Positions 1-11,147 of a stretch of 64,000 nucleotides of DNA are shown piece after piece (positions within the stretch are counted from its first letter, which is position 1; each line of letters starts with the position of its first letter). The notes below the pieces were generated by a model, which saw only the letters and a program-made list of their open reading frames with translations, was not told the DNA's origin and searched no databases. The translations under genes were made by a program, and so were the position numbers. Origin of the DNA: Stegostoma tigrinum. Taxonomy: Eukaryota. The stretch spans positions 14,807,861-14,871,860 of the forward strand of contig NC_081361.1 in NCBI RefSeq assembly GCF_030684315.1, in the 5' to 3' direction.

Positions 1-1074
1 AATGATCAAATCTTTTACTTTCTGGGCATCTGAAAATGGATGTCAGATCGCATCCTTACAAAACAGCAGAAATTTAAACCTTGCCAACGGTTGGTAACCT
101 ATTTCCCAGACATGTGTTTACTGGATAAATAAGTCACCGTGTAAACAACACACGAGAGACTACGCAGACGAGTAAATACAGTTAGTGAGCAGCAGCGAAT
201 GGAAATATATGTGCCTTCTTCACTCCAAGAGATACATCACACAGATGCGAAGGGAGAATAGAGCAAGTGAGACAGTGCATTGCAATTTCCAACTGCCTGT
301 TTCACATCTGCAGCGAGTACGGCTGCAGGAGCACAGATTATGCCTTCTAGGAGCTAGCGAGCCCATCAGGACAAATTCATCTGGCTTAGGACCCAGAGGC
401 TGAGGAGCCTTTGGCACAGTGCAGCAATCATGTTGGGCAATTACCATATAGTTAATTATTAAGACCTCACTGTCAACACCAAAACATGCTCCTATCTATG
501 TTTCAAAATTCAATTTATTGCAGACATAAATCCATTTCTAGTGCTTGGTATAACTTTACATCATTGAAAGTCGTACAGGCTACCTGGCCTGATACTTCCA
601 ATGAATATTATTCTTTAAAGTATGCCACGTATTCATGACCTCCAACAAAAATGAAAGTACAACTTCTTCAATGCAATCATCTTTTACACCTCATTCCAAC
701 AGCAATGTGCATTGTGATTTATTCATTTTTGTTTTGCAGACCCAGCTAAAGTATTATTGCCACCAGCTGATAGCTCTTTGCATCGAGGTCTGTGCTGAGG
801 ATTTTAAATATCAGATAAAGTTTGGTGTTCTCAGCTAAATAAAGCAGGTCAATGGAAAAAATCAACTTTTATTTATAATTAGTACTCCTCTCCTTGAGGC
901 TTTTGCTGTAATATCAACTATGAGAACACTAATTAAGCACAGGACAGGCTTGTGTTTAGGACTAGGATGTTGAGGAAAGTCTGAAGAAAGAAATTGCTGT
1001 GCAAATGACCAGATAGATGTTCTCGCAGGTCTGGTCTTTTGGTCGATATTATTGTTACAATTTTCACCCAAGCC

Positions 1075-1845
1075 CACCAGACAGAGTACAGGAAGGTGTT
1101 AGACAGCTTAGTGGCATAGTGTAAAGACAACAATATCTCCCTCAATGCTAGCAAAATGCACAAGTTGGTCATGGGCTTCAGGGAGCAGAGGAGGACATAC
1201 CCCTGTCTGTACCAAATGGCATAGAGGTGGAGGCAGTCAAGAACATCTAGTTCCTAAAAGTAAATACCACCAATAATCCATCATGGCACATCCACGTCGA
1301 TGTTACAGTCCTTAGAAGACAAAGGAAATTCTGCATGTCTGCAATGACTCATCAATTTTTATAGTTGTACCACAGAAAGCATCCTGTCCGGATGCATCAC
1401 AGCTTGGTATGATAGCTGCTCTGCCCAAGACCCCAAGTAATTATAGAGAGATGAAAACGTCCATCAGGAAAACCAGCCTTCCTTCCATTGACTCCGTCTA
1501 CACTTCCTGCTCCCTTGAGAAAATAACCAATGTTATCAAAGACCCTTCCGGTAATACTCTTTTCCACCCACTTCCATCGGGCATAAGACACAAAAAAGTT
1601 TGAAAACACACACCAACAGATTCAAGAACAGCTTCTTCCCCACTGTTATCAGACATATGAATGGACCTCTCATATGTTAGATTTGATCCTTCTCAGTATC
1701 TTCTCTGTAGTTGTAATACTATATTATGCACTCTGTTTTATTACACTGATGTCATTTCTTAAGGCATGGTCAGCACAAAAAACAATACTTTTCATGCATC
1801 TCTGTACATGTGATGATAATCAAATCAAATCAAATCAAATCAAAT
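1075..1845 (+). mobile_element. Rex1/Babar-type LINE 3' fragment, degenerate
   Basis: Broken RT C-terminus (CKDNNISLNASK..LVMGFR; TESILSGCITAW; IKDPS..LFHPLPSG; RFKNSFFPTVIR) ending in an (AAATC)n tail at ~1819-1845. Confidence 0.75.
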
Positions 1846-2044
1846 CCCCACCCCTGCTCCCAGAAAGACAAACCAATCCAGACAAACTTATCTCTCTTAG
1901 TTATTATGCTTAGGCTAACAATTTCAGATCGCTCAAGGAACTTGGTCATCATTACTGGCTATAGATTAGGTCCTTTGGTGAGCTGTCTTCCCCACTAGAA
2001 GTTTTCAGACTAACAAAATTATCGCAGGATACATTCTATCTACA

Positions 2045-2915
2045 GAACTTGCTGGAAAAGCTCAGATGTTGCTGAACCAGCTGAAGACAGAAATTAGAAT
2101 TAATATTTTGAATCTACTGACCTTTCCTCAGACTGATGTTAGCTTTAAATGATTTTTTTTAATAATGCAGAGGAAAGGTTTTGGTTGGGGCTGGTGGGTG
2201 GTGGTGGGGTAAGGAGTAAACGATAGGTGGGGATAGAGCCCAATGAGAGAGAAGAACAGTTGGACAGACAGAGGAATGGATAATGATCAGCCTAGGAGAA
2301 TAAATAGCTATTCATGGGACTATTAGTGATTAACAATGGGTTGTGTAGAATAGCAGACCATGTAGTAACAAGGCCTGGTGTGTGGCTGTTGGGTTAAAGA
2401 CATGTGAGAAGGTGCCTCTAGCCCTAACAACTGTTGAACTCGACATTGAGTCCAGAAGGCTATAGAGTTTCTTAGTGGAAAATGAAGTGCTGTTCTTCCA
2501 GCTTGCACTGAGATTTGCTGGAGCACTGCAGCAAACCTGAGACAGAGATGTTGGACGGGGTTCCTTGAAGAAGGTCTGCTATTACACACGATCCATTGTT
2601 AGCCATTAATAGCCCATATATGTAGCTATTTATCCTCCTAGGCTGATCGTTATCTCCTCCTTCACTTGTTCAACTGTACTTCTCTATCTTTGGGCTCTGT
2701 GTCTACCTACGTTTACTATTTATCCCCTTCTCCCATCCTACCTTCTGGATTGAAACTACCTTTTTCCTGTCTACCATCAATTCCGAGGAAGAGTCACCAG
2801 ACCCAAAACGTTAAACTTTGATTTTTCTTTACACATGCTCCCAGACCTGCTGAGCTTTTCCAGCAATTTCTGGTTTTGTTTCTGATTTCCAGCACCTGCA
2901 GTTTTTTCAACTTTT
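2045..2915. mobile_element. Penelope-like (Neptune-type) fold-back element
   Basis: Arms ~2045-2400 and ~2590-2915 are inverted copies (gctggaaaagctcag... / ...ctgagcttttccagc). Minus strand ~2430-2555 encodes a PLE endonuclease C-terminus (SGLLQCSS..CKLEEQHFIF..PSGLNVEFN). Confidence 0.7.
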
Positions 2916-3020
2916 ATACATTATATTTACATGTATATTAATCGCAGAAACAATTGATCTAAATTATGGTATTAGCACATAGAACCCAAACTTGACAAAC
3001 TTAACAGCCATCAGATATTG

Positions 3021-3235
3021 GTGAGTGATAATGGGAACTGCAGACGCTGGAGAATCCAAGACAACAAAATGTGAGGCTGGATGAACACAGCAGGCCCAGC
3101 AGCATCTCAGGAGCACAAAAGCTGACGTTTTCGGGCCTAGACCCTTCATCAGAGAGGGTCTAGGCCCGAAACGTCAGCTTTTGTGCCCCTGAGATGCTGC
3201 TGGGCCTGCTGTGTTCATTCAGCCTCACATTTCGT
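3021..3235. mobile_element. Short PLE-derived hairpin element with target-site duplication
   Basis: Inverted arms are centred at ~3150. A 16-bp direct repeat cagccatca(g/a)atattg flanks it at 3005-3020 and 3236-3251. Confidence 0.8.
3124..3152 (-). ncRNA. Minimal hammerhead ribozyme-like motif (one extra A in GAAA)
   Basis: Minus strand CTGATGA-A-GGGT(CTAG)GCCC-GAAAA-CG-TC. Confidence 0.4.
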
Positions 3236-3256
3236 CAGCCATCAAATATTGTTATC

Positions 3257-3366
3257 TGAACAAAGAACAACACAGCACAGAAACAGGCCCTTTGGCCTTC
3301 CAAGCCTGTGCTGACATATTTTGCACTTCCATACTAAAACTACACATTTTGCCCTTCCGTACTAAA
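3257..3366 (-). mobile_element. CR1-type 3' tail fragment with local 28-bp tandem duplication
   Basis: gaacaaagaacaacacagcacagaaacaggccc tail signature (same as 24251); acatattttgcacttccatactaaaact followed by acacattttgcccttccgtactaaacct. Confidence 0.55.
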
Positions 3367-3505
3367 CCTCTGCTTGTGAATTCTTGAGGAACTAAGTGTG
3401 AGACCACAACATTTTAACACTTATTTTAGAAGAGTCATTTCGGGATTATATGCTGACATGGTACTCATTACTATAGAGTATATGGTCAATTAAAACTATC
3501 TTGGG

Positions 3506-3665
3506 ACAAAAACAGAAGTTGCTGGAAAAGCTCAGCAGGTCACCGGACCCAAAATGTTAACTCTGATCTTTTCTCCACAGATGCTGCCAGAGTTGTGGAA
3601 CTTTTTCCACCGACTTCTGCTTTTGTTCCTGATTTACAGAGACTGCAGTTCTTTTGGTTTTTATT
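3506..3665. mobile_element. Collapsed PLE-derived fold-back element
   Basis: Same terminal motifs as 2045-2915 in both orientations, with the centre deleted. Confidence 0.65.
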
Positions 3666-4503
3666 CTGGGAAAGTGCTACTTTAGGCAGATGTGAAGATT
3701 ATGTTTAAGTTTAAAGAACACAATGGATATTCAAGAAAATACATCAAGGGGTTTATACTCACAGCGATGTGTAATATCTTCATCATATGGGGTGTCTCTA
3801 TTTTAAACATGGCAGAAGTCTTTTAGCAAGACTTTGACCCAATGTGAAGACAAAACATGGACCCTCTGGTCTGCCTTCGCTGACCCACAAACAAAATGTT
3901 TTAAAGCAACAGCGATCGGTGGGTCTAGAAAAGAGCTGCTATTGGTTATTGTTACATTTTGTGAAAGACAAAATTCTTGGTGGAGCACCATAATCCCTTT
4001 TCAAAATATCCTGTAAACAACCGGTGCAGGCCCATTCACATCTGTTGGATAGCACTGCTATTTAAGAGCTTATCCCTAAAATGACTGCAGGTTCTTATGC
4101 TGCTTAGCTCCACTTTACATTTGACATAGTCCAGCAGGTTAATTTGGTAATTTTCTTTGCAGGGTACTTCACGATCCTGTTTGGCGAAAGAGAGGTGCAC
4201 ACGTGAGTGGATGGAGGAGGGAATGAGCCAAGTTTTCTACCTCAAGGGCGACAAGGAAAATATTAGGAATGGTACTTTATGAATGGTTATGCCCGAGGTG
4301 CAGTGTATTAACACCCGGTAATGCTTAAATAAATTAATGTCTGTTTCAAATATGGAGTCACTTTCAAACTACAAACTTAGAGTTCAAAGGGACTTCAGAT
4401 ATTATTACAACAATATAAACTATAGATCTAATCCAGGCAAAATTAGATTGAGGTACAATGACAGAGACCCAATGGGCCATGCTTTCCCTCTTTGACCACT
4501 TAC

Positions 4504-4641
4504 CTGACTTCAACTGCGTCCTCCATCACTGTCATGTCTGTCTTGCATTTGGCTGATGGGTTAATGGCAAGTTCTGCTGGGGGAATGACGAAGCTTTTAC
4601 TCAGAGGTAGCCACATTCCTTCCCCAAGCGTGTAGGTGAAC
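4504..4641 (-). CDS. astn1: Astrotactin-1 internal coding exon (138 bp, phase 2/phase 2)
   Basis: Minus strand reads tttcctttctctcatAG|[48 protein letters not shown]|GTAAGT. The polypyrimidine/AG acceptor and GTAAGT donor are canonical. The peptide matches the vertebrate ASTN1 segment as I recall it; ASTN2 differs here (WLPVSKSFVVPPVELSINP). Confidence 0.93.
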
Positions 4642-5619
4642 CTATGAGAGAAAGGAAAACACTTGTGCTTAGGAAGTGCAATTGTGACTGAGAACAGCAG
4701 GTCGAGTAAACATGGATGTCACATTAGAGGCTGAGGGTTACACTAGGGAAACAGGCCCACTCAACAGCTAAACATTTCTCGGGTCGTGGAAACTATGGAC
4801 ACATAGTCTTATGTCTGCTGTCTTCTCATCATGTTATCAATCTGCACAATACTTACCACTTGCTATCAGAACCTGGTTCCTTCATTCATGTCATTGTTAC
4901 CAAATTGTTAAATTCAAGCCCTAAAGCCAAAGTTTGACCTAAAAAAATTTCCTAAGACATCGAGAAAGATTAATCATCACTTAATGGAATTACGCTTTTC
5001 TTTTGAAGTGCAGAATCTCTTGGCTGAATGAGTTCCTGCCATCCTTTTTGACATTGTACAGCAAACTCAGTAGATACCTCTCAACCTTCATTCCTTGGTC
5101 AATCTACTGAATCAGCCCTGCTGTCAATCTGCCCATTTCCTTCACTCCAGCTGCAATCTGTCAGCAGGGTCTTGCTCATAACATGTACCTCACTGTTGTC
5201 CATTATTAAGCCTTCTATCAATCTCCCTGGGCTACTTTGGGAGATGTTTATCAGACCTATGATTGTCACCTGAACACTGAATTAATGGCATTTAATAATT
5301 TTCAAATACCTTTCCTGGTATCCTGACGATGTCATGTTGTAACTTCCAGCAAATGTTGTTTGCATTAACAGAATAGCTCACTCATCCTGCTGTCAAATTC
5401 AATGATACCCATCCGAAGTCTTTTAGGATACTTCACCAACTCAAACACATTTCTAGCTAGTCCCTGTTAACCTCTGATAACGTTTTGAGTCAACTCATTG
5501 GGTTCTTTAATTTATCTGATGCCAAACTGTAGATAATGCGGCATGCCCGGTATCCATTTCTTTTCCCAAAGCACCTTCTCATCATACCTGGCCCCTATAC
5601 CCTCTCTCCTCAACATCTA

Positions 5620-5890
5620 AGGCCCCAACTTCTGCCAGGTGACACAACAATTTATGAGCATTTCTTTCAATCTAACCTGCTGTACTCATTGTGAGCAATG
5701 TGGTCACCTCTACATCTGGGAGACCAACCTCAGATTGGGCAATCACCTTGCAGGCCACCATTGTTGGCACTATAAGCTAGAACATCAGTTTCTGGTGGCA
5801 TGTCATTTTATTGCTCCACCTTGCTCTGTCCTTGCCGACTGAAGAACAATGCTTCATCCATCAATTAGGTACTTGATTGCTGCCCAGACT
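5620..5890 (+). pseudogene. Penelope-like (Neptune) GIY-YIG endonuclease remnant
   Basis: SFNLTCCTHCEQCGHLYIWETNLRLGNHLAGH resembles SxNxxYxIxCxxCGLxYIGETKRRLxDRFxEH; followed by VACHF and EEQ motifs. Confidence 0.7.
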
Positions 5891-7324
5891 CATCACTTAG
5901 CTCTGCAATTTCTGCTCCCGTTTTGTTGCCTAGTCTTCGTTTTTGTTTTGGTTTGCTCCCCTCCTTGCTTTCAGTCAGTAGTACACCTGCTAATGGTCTT
6001 TGATGCGAGGTTAGCACAGAAGGTTGACATCAGACAGACACTATCCTTGTGGCACATCTCTCATGACTTACTCAGAATACGTTTCTCCACTTTAATGCTG
6101 CATTTTGGGGTACTTGGGCCCCTTTCATTATAAAGCTGCTGCCCTAGATGTTTTGTGCAAAGGAACAAAAATCCACCTAATGGATTGAACCAAGGTTTTT
6201 CTTTGTGGTCTTAGCACGCACTTGGACTCTTGCAGCATCTCCACACTGGCTTGCCTTTTTGCACTATCCTGCCTCATCCAGAACATGGAGGTTCTCAAAA
6301 CCTTTGCCTTGCCTTGTTTCTGAATGATGACACAGAGCCAGGCAGCTTGTTCGGGTTATGAGCAGCAATCAGACAAAAGGATGCACATGTTGCTACATCA
6401 GTATCACACCTGCCCCAGGTATCAGCAGCAAATACAGTAAATACACTGCACTTGCTTCAACCAAATGGCCATTGCTCCAAGTGTAAGGGGAGTAAGCCTC
6501 AGTGAAGATAAGTGGTCCTGCACAAATCAGTTAAATACAACATCCAATCCCACTTCAAGGGCACGAGCCCATCAGTCGGCCACTTAACGGTGGTTGGAAT
6601 CAGGGACTCGGTATCACTGCAGTCAGAGAGTGGACCATAGTCAGTCCTGCAGGTCCAATGCATCCTGCAGTGAGGATTCAGGGTCAGTTGGTCAGGGAGT
6701 TGTTCTGAGATCGTTCAGGGGTTTGCTCACTCATTAGTTGGTCTACCTTTCCAAATCAGTCAGAAGTTAGCCGTGGTCAGTCTAGGGAATCTGCTCACAA
6801 TAGATAAAAAGGAGGTTAGCAGGGACCACCACTGTGGTAGGGTTGCTGAGTAAGTCAGTTGTGGTGATTGGAGGTAGCATGTTGGGTGAAGTGGAGACAT
6901 TTCACCATACAAGAGTGGGGAGACACAAAGGAGGGTATTAGAGGAAATGGGTTGTGCCATCAATGACCACAACCACCCTTGTTTCAGGAACAGTGCATCA
7001 TGATTGCTAATGACAGTCATTTGGGAACACATAAAAGCTCAGAACAGATGGGGGTCAACAGGGAGTGCAAGAAAGGAAGGAATGTGGAGTTTTGGTGGAG
7101 AGGAGTGGATGGTCTTTGATTACCTGGCTGAGCCAGTAACTTTGAGTGTGAAACGCAACCTGCATTACCTTCCAGTCCCATGCAAATTGTAACTGTGTAT
7201 TGGAAGTAAGGAATGGCTGTGACCACAGCCTCAGGGTGACATTTTTCCATGTCTGTGCACATGGGCTTGGTGTGTGGATCAAGTGTGAACCGGGGTAATC
7301 ACGTTAATTAGACACTTACACAGG

Positions 7325-7570
7325 AAAAGCAAAATACTGCAGATGATGGAAACCTGAAACAAACTTGGGCAATGCAGAAGAAACTTCTGCACCTGTGCAG
7401 AAAGTTAACATTTCAAATCTGGTCTGCCTCACCTGCCGAAGAGATGTATTTTATCAAGAAGATAATTCGGAAGTTGAGTCATACTGGACACAAAACGTTA
7501 CCTCTGTTTCTCTCTCCATAGATGCTGCCAGACCTGCTGAATTTCTCCAGCACTCCTTGAGTTTGTTACT
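7325..7570. mobile_element. Degenerate PLE-derived fold-back element
   Basis: aaaagcaaaatactgcagatg... and ...gatgctgccagacctgctgaatttctccagca family ends in inverted orientation. Confidence 0.6.
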
Positions 7571-7999
7571 TCCACAATACAGTGTGAACTAATCTATAAT
7601 CACCGAACCTAGCATGTGAAATGCATGCAGCACCCAACTGTGTGAGATATAAACCATGGACACAATAATCTTGACCATATCATTGATCATTGTGAATTAA
7701 TCATGGTCATCACTGTGAAGCAGAAGTAATTGCAGGCAATTTTAAAAGGTTATCTGTGGGCCACTATTCATAAAAGCAACCCAACATCTCATAGTCTGCA
7801 CAGAGGCAAGGAGCTGATGTGTTCTTATCCTGAACTGGAAATATTCACTAACATGTCTTGTATACAATTCTGCCTTTCTTGGGTGATAAGGGGTTGGGGG
7901 TTGATGGCGGCAGGGGAGAGATATAAATACTCGTACAACACTTAGAATTATCTACTCTATCTGTGCAGCATGGCTGGTGCTGCTTTTATTGGAGTAAGC

Positions 8000-8308
8000 A
8001 TAGAATGGTACAGAATCCCTACAGTGCAGAAACAGGCCCTTCGGCCCAACAAATCCATACAAACCCTCGGAGCATCCTACCCAGACCCATTCCCCTATAA
8101 CCCACCGAATCCACACATCCCTGAACACCACAGGCAATTTAGCATGGCCAATCCACCTAACTGGCACATCTTTGGACTGAAGGAGGAAACCCACTCATGG
8201 GAAGAACATGCAAACTTCACACAGACAGTCGCCTGAGGGTGGAACTGAACCTGGGTCTCTGGCACTGTGAGACAGCAATGCTAACCACTGAGCCACTGAG
8301 TCACCCCA
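8000..8308 (-). mobile_element. HE1/V-SINE (tRNA-derived SINE)
   Basis: Minus strand has a tRNA-like head (gtggctcagtggttagca...gggttcagttcc), the V-domain tgtgtgaagtttgcatgttct, and a CR1-like tail. Confidence 0.8.
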
Positions 8309-9299
8309 AGGGTGTCAAGGTAAAATGTACACCTACAGCCCTTCTTATCTGAGGCCCCCATGTCCAACAGTATTGACAACTATGCTACACCATCATTTCT
8401 GCAAATGCAAACTGCTTACATTAAACAGAACCTCTCCACTTTGCAATGCTCCCCACACAGGTTCATTGCAACTGTGACCAATGGATCCACGAACAGCCGG
8501 GCTCATTGTCATTGTGGTTGCAGAGAAATGGAGGAGGAACAGATGCACCAGCCAGCCCAAGGCCCTTGCAGCAACTTCTGTTTCATGTCAATTTGACTCC
8601 ATCTGAAGAGGTGACAGCTGAAGGTCCCCTCAGGTGCAGGAGCTACAGCAGACTCAGATTTTGTTGCCCTCGATGCCAGACAAGCGAGGAACAGTATCAC
8701 TGTGGACTCAGGATGCCCTGGGACACTGTCACAAACTGGAACAACTGCTGGTGTGGGACCTGCAAACTGAAGGGGTGCATGGCCCTCCCATCCTAGTGGT
8801 CTCCAAGGTGACAACTATGCTAAAACTTTATGCACTTGGTCTAACTATTCCCGAGTAGCTACTTGCTCAATTTTATTGGAATTCTCCACATTAAATGAAG
8901 ACATGCAGCGGGTTCCAAGTGTAGTGGAGTTGCCTGGTGGAAAATTCAATTTTCTGAGCAATTTCTACACAGACTCCTACAATGGGGGTTTTGTAGCATC
9001 TCCATGGAGAAATCCCACCTTCATGAGAATGAAAGCCATCAGGCCAATGGAAAATCTGGGTCATTGTTTATCATATCTTCCAAATTTAATTGTATATGTT
9101 TTGCTTTCTCAAGATACGTTTATCTCTAAGTGATAGCAGTTCTGCAGCAGTTCATGCTGTCTTGGAGACTTTTCCTTCATTTGCAGCTGAAATGGAGGGT
9201 TCACCCTTTCACGGGTAAAATGCCTTTATCCCAGCTTTTATGAACAATCAACTGCCTTTTCATTAGCTTGAATGACGACTCCCTTAATTTCTTCAGGAC

Positions 9300-9520
9300 A
9301 GTAAGAACCACAGATGCTGGAGTCAGACATAACACTGTGTGGAGCTGGAAGAGCACTGCAGGCCAGGCTGCATCAGAGGAGCAGGAAAGCTGACATTTTG
9401 GGTTGGGACCCTTCTTCAGAAAATTTCTAAAGAAGGGTCCCAAACGGAAATGCCAACCTTCCCTCTCCTCTGATGCTGCCTGGCCTGCTGTGTTCCTCCA
9501 GCTCCACACTGTGTTATCTC
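9300..9520. mobile_element. PLE-derived hairpin element
   Basis: Inverted arms ~9330-9420 and ~9425-9517, with decayed hammerhead-like cores at the centre (ctgaagaagggtcccaacccaaaatgtc on minus). Confidence 0.75.
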
Positions 9521-10194
9521 CTACTTTCTTTCTTTGTTAGTACAGGTCTGCTTATGCTTTGAAAGTTAACAGTTTATTTACTGGCACCTTGATGCCTCTG
9601 TGTCTGCGGCCTCAGATTGATAATTCTTTTGTGGCACTTTACTTCTATTTCGGGAACCTTGTGATGCCCGCTTGCATGGGACGCAATGCTTGAGCTGACT
9701 TTTATGGATTTTTTTTAACTCCTCCCTTTTCCAGCCTGCATTTCTGAGCCATTTTATCATTTCCACCAGGAGCTTTAAGCTTTGCTCATGGATCCTTCTC
9801 CACTCAATTTTGAATTTCCACTAGAACTCTTGATCCTTCCCAGCAGCCTGGATCTCCTTGTGGAGATAGTAACTCTCCTTCTCCAGACAGCTGCTAACTC
9901 TCCCATCATAGCGGGTTGGAAATGCTGTTACCATTCACTGAAGTGCTCTTGCTCAGTGAGGATTGTTAGAAGGGACCTCTTACGTAGGGATCTTAAGTCT
10001 TCAGCTCTTTCATGCCTTGCTGTAGAAGGTGGTGACTTTAAACTGAGTCTGCAAATCTCACGTTGCTGCTCACTATGAACTCTGTGGGCAACTAAAATCA
10101 AAACCACACTTGTTTATTGCCAGGTTGTATGAGCATCACAGTTCACCATGTGATATGAGCTGCTGCAGGTGATAAAGATTGTCACTACCATTGT

Positions 10195-10541
10195 CTTATT
10201 TATACATGGGATGAGGGCATCACTGGCTAGGCCAGCATTTATTGCTCATTCTTAATTGCCCAGAGTCAACCACCTTGCTGTGGGTCTGGAGTCACATGCA
10301 GGCGAGACCAGGTGAGGAGAGCAGTGTTCTTCCCTGAAGGACATGAGTGAGACAGATGGGTTTTATCTCCCCACAGTCGACAATGGATTCTTGGTCATCA
10401 TTAGACTCTTAATTCCAGGCATTTTATTGGATTCAAATTCCATCATCTGCTGTGGAGAGATTTGAACCCAGGTCCCTTAAGCATTACCCGGGTCTCTGGA
10501 GTAACGTTCTTGTCATAATACCACTAGGTTGTTGTCTCCCC
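10195..10541 (-). mobile_element. tRNA-derived SINE sharing its 3' tail with a LINE
   Basis: Minus strand has A/B-box-like ctagtggtatt...gggttcaaatc. The tail gcaataaatgctggcctagccagtgatgccc is shared with the LINE copies at 55100 and 63378. Confidence 0.7.
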
Positions 10542-11099
10542 TTCAAGTGTAAAGAACTATAGATCCAGTGGTGGGAAAGGAAAACCACTTGCGTTAGCAG
10601 CCGGTGCTTATGGCATGCCTCAATAATAACCCTTTCAGAATGCTATACAATGTATATCATGCACTGAATTTATTTTGAGTGTTTTACTTCTCAATATAAA
10701 TATATATGCTTTTTGTTTTTCAAAACAATAGTCTCTTTTGTGACCGTTGCTGAAACTTAATGCTTATTCATTATGAAATGTTATTAAATACTGAATTTAT
10801 ATAATTCGAAGACATATTAAATTGTACAATGGAGAATTGTCTCTTCTAAAGCTCAGCTTGATATACTTGATTGTAGATCATTTGAAATGAATACTTCAGG
10901 GCAGGCTGATTAAATAGATTACAAGAATACACCAAACAGACTTCAGTGGAGCAAAGAGAATTAATTGAGAGAGGACAGTTATACCTGGCACCTGTAATTG
11001 TGATTTACAGTCCAATCTCTGACAATATTACTTTCATCTTTCATTCTCATTGATTTTCCCTGTCTAAGAGGACAGCGAGCTTTCATGCTGACTGGAAAG

Positions 11100-11103
<4 letters not shown>

Positions 11104-11144
<41 letters not shown>
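11104..11144. repeat. (AG)n microsatellite
   Basis: About 20 perfect AG units. Confidence 0.97.

Positions 11145-11147
<3 letters not shown>

Noticed and set aside
3764-4011. Minus-strand segment with AG and GTGAGT ends as the next astn1 exon
   Set aside because: Stop codon after two residues in the required frame and no similarity to EELMTSSSF.
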